32,000 nucleotides of DNA. Origin: Sinorhizobium meliloti. GTDB lineage: Bacteria; Pseudomonadota; Alphaproteobacteria; Rhizobiales; Rhizobiaceae. The notes beneath the pieces were generated by a model. That model had not been told where the DNA came from, made no database searches, and saw only the letters and a list, made by a program, of their open reading frames with translations. Shown piece after piece: positions 18,643-24,666 of this stretch (position 1 is its first letter; each line of letters starts with the position of its first letter). The position numbers and the translations under genes were made by a program. The stretch spans positions 1,080,001 through 1,112,000 of the forward strand of contig NZ_JAGIOS010000001.1 in the NCBI RefSeq assembly GCF_017876815.1, given 5' to 3'.

Positions 18643-18666
18643 CGACCCTGCCGCTGTTCGAACTCT

Positions 18667-18743
18667 TGCCCCGACAGGGACAAAGAAAGTGGTGCCCCGA
18701 CAGGGACGAAGAAGGTGGTGTCCCGACAGGACGGAGAAGGTGG
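18667..18743. repeat. Three tandem direct repeats of about 26 nt in the ffs-dnaX spacer
   Basis: TGCCCCGACAGGGACAAAGAAAGTGG (18667-18692). TGCCCCGACAGGGACGAAGAAGGTGG (18693-18718). TGTCCCGACAGG-ACGGAGAAGGTGG (18719-18743). They are head to tail with no spacers. Confidence 0.9.
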
Positions 18744-18838
18744 GAGGCTGGCACGATGACCCGTGCCGGGGCTCGTTAGGGCTGCTTCCTTCCGGACCTG
18801 ACCCGGTTGGCGAGTGGCTCGTCCACCACCAACCTCCC
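18742..18838 (-). ncRNA. ffs: Signal recognition particle RNA (4.5S, small bacterial SRP RNA)
   Basis: The minus strand reads GGGAGGUUGGUGGUGGACGAGCCACUCGCCAACCGGGUCAGGUCCGGAAGGAAGCAGCCCUAACGAGCCCCGGCACGGGUCAUCGUGCCAGCCUCCCA. It contains the universal domain IV motif GGUCAGGUCCGGAAGGAAGCAGCC. The 5' GGGAGGUUGG pairs with the 3' CCAGCCUCCC. A good promoter lies 7 nt upstream. Classic position upstream of dnaX. Ends are +/- a few nt. Confidence 0.88.
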
Positions 18839-18845
18839 GGCTTTC

Positions 18846-18874
18846 ATATCGGCAATATCCGCAGCAAATGCAAG
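18846..18874 (-). promoter_or_regulatory. Candidate sigma-70 promoter of ffs
   Basis: The minus strand reads CTTGCA-N17-CGATAT. The predicted SRP RNA 5' G lies about 7 nt downstream of the -10 element. Confidence 0.6.
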
Positions 18875-18901
18875 CCAAGCCTTCAAAAAACTGGTATCGA
18901 T

Positions 18902-19348
18902 ATGCAAAACAAAGCGAATCCGTTTGATGCCGAGGAGAATTTCTTGACGACCTTCACGCTTGACGAGCGACTTGAGCGCGACGGCATCCCGATCGGCACG
19001 CTCGGGCTGTGCCAGATGCGGCTGATGAACGATCGGCGCTGGCCTTGGCTGATCCTCGTACCCCAGCGCGCCGACATAAAGGAGGTCTTCGAACTGACTC
19101 CGCTCGACCAGGCGATGCTGACCTTCGAGACCAATCTGGTGGCGGCGGGCCTGAAGAAGGCGACCGGCGCCGAAAAGATCAATATCGGCGCGCTCGGCAA
19201 CATCGTCCGGCAGCTTCACGTGCATGTCATCGCCCGCCGCGAAGGCGATCCGAACTGGCCGGGCCCGGTCTGGGGCTTCGGCAAGGCCGAGCCGTGGCCG
19301 GAGGAGGAGCATAGGACATTCGCAGCACGCATCATGGAAAATCTCTGA
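18902..19348 (+). CDS. HIT (histidine triad) family nucleotide hydrolase/transferase
   Basis: The track ORF starts at 18623 but would overlap ffs. The first plausible ATG is 18902 (MQNKANPF...). An in-frame TTG at 18944 with a GAGGAG Shine-Dalgarno 6 nt upstream is an equally good or better start (M-TTFTLDERL...). The HIT motif is NIVRQLHVHVIAR. Confidence 0.82.
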   Translation: MQNKANPFDAEENFLTTFTLDERLERDGIPIGTLGLCQMRLMNDRRWPWLILVPQRADIKEVFELTPLDQAMLTFETNLVAAGLKKATGAEKINIGALGNIVRQLHVHVIARREGDPNWPGPVWGFGKAEPWPEEEHRTFAARIMENL

Positions 19349-19350
19349 GC

Positions 19351-20331
19351 ATGACGAAAACGATCTTCGATCTTCACAGCCCGCACCCCGAGCCGAGCAC
19401 GCTCGTCGCCTTCGCGGAGAACCACCTGGATCGCAAGTCCGAGCATCGTCCCGACGATTGCATCGAGGCGGCGCTCAAGCATCCCGGCGCGCATTTCCTG
19501 GCTTTCTCCGGGGCGAAGCTGATCGTCAAGCACGACGAGAAGATCATCGATCCGCTTTTCGCGCCCTATGAACTGGCGGGGCTCGAGCCGACCATGGACG
19601 ATGCGGTCCTGCTCGGCTTTCTGCCGAACGGCGAGCCGCGTCTTGCCGTGCCTTCGGGGCTGACGGAGGAGACGGTGCCGGAGCCCTTCAAGATCGCCGA
19701 TGCCCGCATGCTCTATCGCCAGCAGATGCTGCCGGAGAACCTGCTGGGACAGTTTGCGCAAGCGTCGAGCCTGATCGTCTGGAACGCCGGCAACCGGTTC
19801 TGCGGCCGCTGCGGCGGCCCGATGGACGGTGCGGCCGGCGGCTACAGGCGCATCTGTACGGCCTGCGGGCACATGGTCTTCCCGCGTACCGATCCGGTCG
19901 TCATCATGCTGACGATCGATATCGAGCGCGATCAATGCCTGCTCGGCCGCAGCCCGCATTTTACGCCGGGCATGTATTCCTGCCTCGCCGGTTTCGTCGA
20001 ACCGGGCGAGACGATCGAAAATGCGGTGCGGCGGGAAACGCTGGAGGAGTCCGGCATCCGGATCGGGCGCGTGCGCTATCATGCGTCGCAGCCCTGGCCG
20101 CTTCCCCATTCGCTGATGATCGGCTGCTATGCGGAAGCGAAGTCGACCGCCATCAAGCGCGACGAACAGGAACTGGAAGACGTCCGCTGGTTCACGCGGG
20201 CGGAAACCGAGGCGATGCTGGAGCGTGCCACGGGCGTCGCCGACACCGGAGACGAGCACATTCCGCCGCCGAAGGGCGCCATTGCGCACCAGCTCATGCG
20301 CGACTGGCTCGCCTGGCCCGAGCGCAGCTGA
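19351..20331 (+). CDS. nudC: NAD(H) pyrophosphatase / NAD-cap decapping Nudix hydrolase NudC
   Basis: 326-aa ORF. Zinc ribbon CGRCGGPMDGAAGGYRRICTACGH. Nudix box GFVEPGETIENAVRRETLEESGI. NudC-specific SQPWPLPHS motif. It starts 2 nt after the HIT stop. Confidence 0.9.
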   Translation: MTKTIFDLHSPHPEPSTLVAFAENHLDRKSEHRPDDCIEAALKHPGAHFLAFSGAKLIVKHDEKIIDPLFAPYELAGLEPTMDDAVLLGFLPNGEPRLAVPSGLTEETVPEPFKIADARMLYRQQMLPENLLGQFAQASSLIVWNAGNRFCGRCGGPMDGAAGGYRRICTACGHMVFPRTDPVVIMLTIDIERDQCLLGRSPHFTPGMYSCLAGFVEPGETIENAVRRETLEESGIRIGRVRYHASQPWPLPHSLMIGCYAEAKSTAIKRDEQELEDVRWFTRAETEAMLERATGVADTGDEHIPPPKGAIAHQLMRDWLAWPERS

Positions 20332-20337
20332 GGTGCC

Positions 20338-21030
20338 ATGTCCCGATCGGAACGCCTGCTCGATCTCATGCAGGTGCTGAGGCGTTATCGCCAGCCGGTC
20401 AGCGGCCGGCGGCTCGCCGAGGAAACCGGCGTCAGTCTCAGAACCCTCTACCGGGACATAGCCAGCCTGCAGGCCCGGGGCGCGCGCATAGAAGGCGAGC
20501 CCGGCATCGGCTACGTGCTCAGGCCCGGCTTCATGCTTCCCCCCATGATGTTTTCCGAGGAGGAGATCGAGGCTCTGGTGCTAGGGTCACGCTGGGTCGC
20601 CAAACGCGGCGATCCAAGGCTCGCGGCCGCAGCCGCCGATGCGCTGGCGAAGATCGGCTCGGTGCTTCCGGCGGACCTGAAAGAGAAACTCGAGCATTCG
20701 ACCCTTCTGGTGGGCCCGCGAAAACCGGGTGGCGAAACGATCGACCTCAGCCTCTTGCGCAAATCGATCCGAAGCGAACACAAGCTCGAACTGCGCTACC
20801 TCGACAATGACGGCCGCGACAGCCGCCGGACGGTCTGGCCCTTCGCGCTTGGTTTCTTCGAAGAGGTCCGGGTGCTCGCGGCCTGGTGCGAACTGAGGCA
20901 GGATTTCCGGCATTTCCGGACGGACCGGATTGCAGAAGCGGCGATGCTCGACGATCGCTATCCGCGCCGCCGCCAAGCCCTGCTCAAGGACTGGCGCGCC
21001 GTGAACAGCATCGATCCCGCCGGAATCTGA
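20338..21030 (+). CDS. YafY-family transcriptional regulator (N-terminal HTH plus WYL domain)
   Basis: 230-aa ORF. HTH region RLLDLMQVLRRYRQPVSGRRLAEETGVSLRTLYRDIASLQARGARIEGEPGIGYVL. WYL region LELRYLDNDGRDSRRTVWPFALGFFEEVRVLAAWCELRQDFRHFRTDRI. It starts 6 nt after the nudC stop. Confidence 0.88.
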   Translation: MSRSERLLDLMQVLRRYRQPVSGRRLAEETGVSLRTLYRDIASLQARGARIEGEPGIGYVLRPGFMLPPMMFSEEEIEALVLGSRWVAKRGDPRLAAAAADALAKIGSVLPADLKEKLEHSTLLVGPRKPGGETIDLSLLRKSIRSEHKLELRYLDNDGRDSRRTVWPFALGFFEEVRVLAAWCELRQDFRHFRTDRIAEAAMLDDRYPRRRQALLKDWRAVNSIDPAGI

Positions 21031-21122
21031 TCCCCGGAGATTTCTTTGCTGCCCCGCAGACTACTGACAGAAACTGGCAGCATGCCGGGCTAGCCTTCAG
21101 GTCTCGAAACAAGGAGACCATC

Positions 21123-21491
21123 ATGGCAACACCCAATCTCATCGTCCTCTACGTCATGGACCCACCGGCCAGCGTCGAATTCTACAGGAAGCTCCTGGGC
21201 AAAGAGCCGACCGCCACCTTTCCGACCTTCTCATCCTTCGAGATGCAGGACGGTTTCGTTCTCGGCCTGTGGGCAAGGGAGAAAGTGCAGCCTCAGCCTA
21301 TCGGCGACGGCAGCCGAGCCGAAGTCGCCTTCATGGTAAAAGGGGAAGAGGCTGTGCGTGCGCGTTACGAGGAATGGCGCGCAATGGGCCTGCCGATCGC
21401 CCAGGAACTGACACGGATGGATTTCGGGCCGACCTTCGTGGCACTCGATCCGGACGGGCATCGCCTGCGTGTCTGCCTTTACGACGAATAG
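21123..21491 (+). CDS. VOC (glyoxalase/bleomycin-resistance/dioxygenase) family protein
   Basis: The ATG at 21123 is preceded by AAGGAGA; the track ORF's longer N-terminus is rejected. 122 aa: MATPNLIVLYVMDPPASVEFYRKLLG...FGPTFVALDPDGHRLRVCLYDE, a typical single-module VOC fold. Confidence 0.82.
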   Translation: MATPNLIVLYVMDPPASVEFYRKLLGKEPTATFPTFSSFEMQDGFVLGLWAREKVQPQPIGDGSRAEVAFMVKGEEAVRARYEEWRAMGLPIAQELTRMDFGPTFVALDPDGHRLRVCLYDE

Positions 21492-21534
21492 CCATGCCGC
21501 GTGAGAAACGTTGAACGCCCGTAAGCAACCATGC

Positions 21535-21572
21535 GTATAAAACGCTCACACCCCGCACGGAGGCGGGGTGTG
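21535..21572 (-). terminator. Terminator hairpin downstream of the DUF1127 gene
   Basis: Perfect 10-bp stem CACACCCCGC / GCGGGGTGTG (21547-21556 / 21563-21572) with a 6-nt loop. On the minus strand it is followed by AGCGUUUUAUAC. It lies between the convergent VOC and DUF1127 genes. Confidence 0.65.
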
Positions 21573-21622
21573 GAAGACTTCGGATGTCGCGCGGTCAAAT
21601 GCAGCGCGCGGTCATCCCGGTA

Positions 21623-21760
21623 TTAGCGGCCGTAAACGGCAGCCTGAATCTGGGAACGGGAAATACCGATATCGCTCAGGGCGTGATCGTCGAGGGCGTT
21701 CAGCTCGCGGACCGCACGGCGCATCTTTACGTATTCCGTAATCTTCTGACGGATTTTCAT
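21623..21760 (-). CDS. DUF1127 domain small protein (45 aa)
   Basis: Absent from the ORF track, where the shortest entry is 60 aa. The minus strand reads ATG...TAA = MKIRQKITEYVKMRRAVRELNALDDHALSDIGISRSQIQAAVYGR, with the hallmark L-x-D-x-x-L-x-D-I-G-I-x-R of DUF1127. AAGGAG Shine-Dalgarno lies 7 nt upstream. The locus is AT-richer and has its own terminator. Confidence 0.85.
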   Translation of the reverse strand: MKIRQKITEYVKMRRAVRELNALDDHALSDIGISRSQIQAAVYGR

Positions 21761-21930
21761 CTTTTTAGCTCCTTCTTTGTACGAGAGCTAAATAGGCATT
21801 TGCCTAAGATTTAAGTAGTTCCATGATTGCAAATTAGGCATGCACTGGACGCGTAGCCGGTTAACGAGTTCTGCCATTTTCTTGTGCCGCCCCGAAGGTG
21901 GCGTGGGTCGGTCGAAACCGCACCGCGTGG

Positions 21931-22785
21931 TCAGAGCACGCCGCGCATCGGATGCGCCGGATAGGTGCCGAGGATGCGCACATTTTCCGAGAAGAAGCGC
22001 AACTCGTCCATCGCGTGGCGCACGCCTATGTCGTCCGGATGCCCCTCGATGTCCGCATAGAACTGGGTGGCCACGAACTTGCCGCCGAGCTGGTAGCTCT
22101 CAAGCTTGGTCATGTTGATGCCGTTCGTCGCGAAACCGCCCATCGCCTTGTAGAGCGCCGCCGGGATATTGCGCACGTTGAAGACGAAGGTCGTGATGAT
22201 CAGTTCGTCCTTCGAGGTGCGGGCGACCCTGCTCTCCTCTCTGGACAGCACGACGAAGCGCGTGACGTTGCTGTCGGTATCCTCGACGTTCTCGGCAATG
22301 ATGTCGAGGCCGTAGAGGTCGGCGGCAAGGCGCGGAGCAAGCGCCGCCATCGAGCGGTCGCCCACTTCCTTGACGAGCTTCGCGGCGCCGGCCGTATCGC
22401 CCGCGACCACCGGCTTCCACCCGTTGGCACGCACGATCTTGCGGCACTGGCCGAGCGCGTGGATATGGCTGTGCACGGTGCGGATTTCCTCGCGCCCGAC
22501 GCCGGGCAGCACCATCAGCTGGAAGCGAATCGGCATGAAATATTCGCCGACGATATGCAGGCGCGATTCCGGCAGGAGGTGATGGATGTCGGCGACGCGT
22601 CCGGCAATCGTGTTCTCGATCGGGATCATGGCGAGATCGGCCTCGCCGTTTTCCACCGCCAGGAAAGCGTCCTCGAAGGTCTGGCACGGCAGCGGTTCCA
22701 TCGACGGGAACATGTCGCGGCAGGCCATGTCGGAATTGGCGCCGTAGTCGCCCTGGAATGAAATCCGGTTGGTCTTGGCGGTCAC
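21931..22785 (-). CDS. pheA: Prephenate dehydratase
   Basis: 284-aa ORF. PDT domain (ISFQGDYGANSDMACRDMFP...IPIENTIAGRV...), TRF motif (NVTRFVVLS), and a C-terminal ACT domain (...NMTKLESYQL...FYADIEGH). Confidence 0.93.
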   Translation of the reverse strand: MTAKTNRISFQGDYGANSDMACRDMFPSMEPLPCQTFEDAFLAVENGEADLAMIPIENTIAGRVADIHHLLPESRLHIVGEYFMPIRFQLMVLPGVGREEIRTVHSHIHALGQCRKIVRANGWKPVVAGDTAGAAKLVKEVGDRSMAALAPRLAADLYGLDIIAENVEDTDSNVTRFVVLSREESRVARTSKDELIITTFVFNVRNIPAALYKAMGGFATNGINMTKLESYQLGGKFVATQFYADIEGHPDDIGVRHAMDELRFFSENVRILGTYPAHPMRGVL

Positions 22786-22809
22786 TTTGGTCCCCTTGCT
22801 GTCGGAATG

Positions 22810-23562
22810 TCAGACGCGGGCGGAAAGGATGCGGCGGGCCTTGTCGAGATCGGCCGGCGTGTCGACCCCGAGCGGCACTGAGTCCACGACCTCGACATCG
22901 ATGCGCATGCCCGCTTCGAGCGCCCGCAATTGCTCCAGCGATTCGCGCTTCTCGAGCGTCGACGGCTTCAGCGAAACGAAAGTCTCCAGCGCCTTGCGAC
23001 GATAGGCATAAAGCCCGATGTGGTGATAGAGGGGCCCTTCGCCATAGGGCGCGGTGGCGCGGGTGAAATAGAGCGCGCGAAAGCGGCTGTCGGAAAGCGG
23101 GGAGCCGACGACCTTGACGACGTTGGGATTGGTCTTTTCGTGTTCGTCGGTGATCGCCACGGTCAGTGTGGCGATGTCGGTCGCGGGATTTTCCAGCGGC
23201 TTCAGCGCGGCACGAATCGGACCGGGCTCGATGGTCGGAAGATCGCCCTGCACGTTGATGACGATTTCCGCTTCGCCATGCGGATCGGCCTTCAGGAGCG
23301 CCTCGTGAATCCGGTCGGAGCCGGACTGGTGATCGACACGCGTCATGACCGCCTCGAAGCCGGCGCCGGTCACGGCCGCTAAGACATCGGGATGATCGAC
23401 CGCCACCACGATCCGCCCGACCTCGGCTTCCGCCGCCCGCCTTGCCACCTGCACGATCATCGGCAGGCCGCAAATATCGGCAAGCGGCTTGCCGGGAAGG
23501 CGCGTCGACGCCATGCGCGCCGGAATGAGTACGAGGGTTTTGCCCGATTGTTCACGATTCAT
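22810..23562 (-). CDS. kdsB: 3-deoxy-manno-octulosonate cytidylyltransferase (CMP-KDO synthetase)
   Basis: 250-aa ORF ...[33 protein letters not shown]...INVQGDLP... Its stop lies 24 nt upstream of the pheA start. Confidence 0.93.
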   Translation of the reverse strand: MNREQSGKTLVLIPARMASTRLPGKPLADICGLPMIVQVARRAAEAEVGRIVVAVDHPDVLAAVTGAGFEAVMTRVDHQSGSDRIHEALLKADPHGEAEIVINVQGDLPTIEPGPIRAALKPLENPATDIATLTVAITDEHEKTNPNVVKVVGSPLSDSRFRALYFTRATAPYGEGPLYHHIGLYAYRRKALETFVSLKPSTLEKRESLEQLRALEAGMRIDVEVVDSVPLGVDTPADLDKARRILSARV

Positions 23563-23715
23563 CGTCCGGCCTTTAAAAACCCGGAGAAAGTGTCAAAACG
23601 TCTCACTCCGGGGTTGATAATCTCTGTTGCAACGCAGAGCCAAAAGACATAGGTTCCGCGCGATTTCAAGATGGGCCGGTTTTTTGTTTGCCGGTGGCTA
23701 AGGGAGCGTTTGCAG

Positions 23716-24495
23716 ATGAATCCATATGTGAACATGGGTGTGGGTGCCTTGTTGGGTACGGTCTTCGTTCTGATGTCCGTATCCATTGCGTCGGAAGGCA
23801 TTTTCCATTCCGAAGCTCCCGAGAAGGAAGGTTTCGCCATTGTCGCCGAGGAAACGGCAGGCGAAGCGGATGCTGCCGGCGGCGAGGAAGCGAAGTCCGA
23901 GCCGATCGGGCCGATGCTCGCCAGCGCCGATGCCTCCGCCGGCGAGGGCGTGTTCAAGAAATGCGCAAGCTGTCACACCGTGGAGAAGGGCGGACCGAAC
24001 AAGGTCGGCCCGAATCTCTGGAGCGTCGTCAACCGCCCGGTCGCCTCGCATGAGGGCTTCAGCTATTCCGCGGGCATGCAGACCTTCGCAGAAGGCGGCA
24101 AGGTCGTGTGGGACTACGATCATCTGAGCTACTTCCTCGAAGCGCCGAAGAAGCACGTGCCCGGCACGGCGATGGGCTTCGCCGGCATCAAGAAAGTCGA
24201 CGAGCGCGCCAACCTGATCGCCTGGCTGCGTGAGCAGGCGGACAGCCCGGCCCCGCTGCCGGACGCCGGCGCGGCAGGCTCGACCGAGGCGGCACCGGCT
24301 GCTGGTCAGGAGGGACAGGCCCCCGCCGCTGCCGAAGGTGCCGCAGCTCCCGCTCCAGCTGAAGGCGGTGCGGCCCCTGCAGCCACTGAAGCCAGCCCGG
24401 CCCCGGCTGAAGGCGGAGCAACTCCCGCCCCGGCTGAAGGCGAGGCTGCTCCGGCAGGTCAGATCGGCGCTCCAGCGCCGGCTCCGGCAAACTGA
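23716..24495 (+). CDS. Membrane-anchored class I cytochrome c (CycM-like architecture) with an Ala/Pro/Glu-rich C-terminal tail
   Basis: The ATG at 23716 ([25 protein letters not shown]..., an N-terminal anchor helix) is preceded by AAGGGAG. An acidic linker follows. The heme site is CASCH (23962-23976), with ...[11 protein letters not shown] (Met ligand). The last ~85 aa are low-complexity PAPAEGG repeats. Confidence 0.88.
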   Translation: MNPYVNMGVGALLGTVFVLMSVSIASEGIFHSEAPEKEGFAIVAEETAGEADAAGGEEAKSEPIGPMLASADASAGEGVFKKCASCHTVEKGGPNKVGPNLWSVVNRPVASHEGFSYSAGMQTFAEGGKVVWDYDHLSYFLEAPKKHVPGTAMGFAGIKKVDERANLIAWLREQADSPAPLPDAGAAGSTEAAPAAGQEGQAPAAAEGAAAPAPAEGGAAPAATEASPAPAEGGATPAPAEGEAAPAGQIGAPAPAPAN

Positions 24496-24524
24496 TTGCG
24501 GCCAGCACACGGCCAGTCTACCTG

Positions 24525-24552
24525 AAAACCCGGTCGGTCGATCGGGTTTTTT
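24525..24552 (+). terminator. Rho-independent terminator after the cytochrome c gene
   Basis: AAAACCCG-N10-CGGGTTTT followed by TT (24525-24552), about 30 nt after the stop. Confidence 0.7.
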
Positions 24553-24666
24553 CACATCCCGCAGGTGTGATGAGCCTGGCCGCATCATGATATAGAATGG
24601 ACTCCACCATTCGACATATGCAATGCGAGCGACACCAACCGCTCGGAACGAAGGAGCAGACGACAG

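Noticed and set aside
18667-18743. Possibility that the three 26-nt repeats are a mini CRISPR array
   Set aside because: The units are directly abutting with no spacers, there are only three copies, no cas genes are present, and the units are not palindromic in the CRISPR manner.
18639-18878. 79-aa minus-strand ORF upstream of dnaX, and the long N-terminal extension of the HIT ORF (18623..18901)
   Set aside because: Both overlap the SRP RNA gene, its promoter and the tandem repeats. The SRP RNA call explains the conservation-like signal.
19216-20289. 357-aa minus-strand ORF opposite nudC
   Set aside because: The plus-strand frame has the zinc ribbon, the Nudix box and the SQPWP motif. The antisense product has no features.
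21584-21814. 76-aa plus-strand ORF in the AT-richer island
   Set aside because: The opposite strand encodes a DUF1127 protein with a strong Shine-Dalgarno and a terminator. The plus-strand ORF has no ribosome-binding site and no recognisable motif.
22100-23473. 457-aa minus-strand alternative frame over pheA and kdsB
   Set aside because: It is out of frame with two well-supported genes and extremely Arg/Gly-rich.
23578-23615. Inverted repeat AACCCGGAG...CTCCGGGGTT in the kdsB / cytochrome c divergent spacer as a named regulator box (e.g. FixK/FNR)
   Set aside because: It does not match TTGAT-N4-ATCAA or any box I recognise. The loop is 19 nt and one position is bulged, so the evidence is insufficient.
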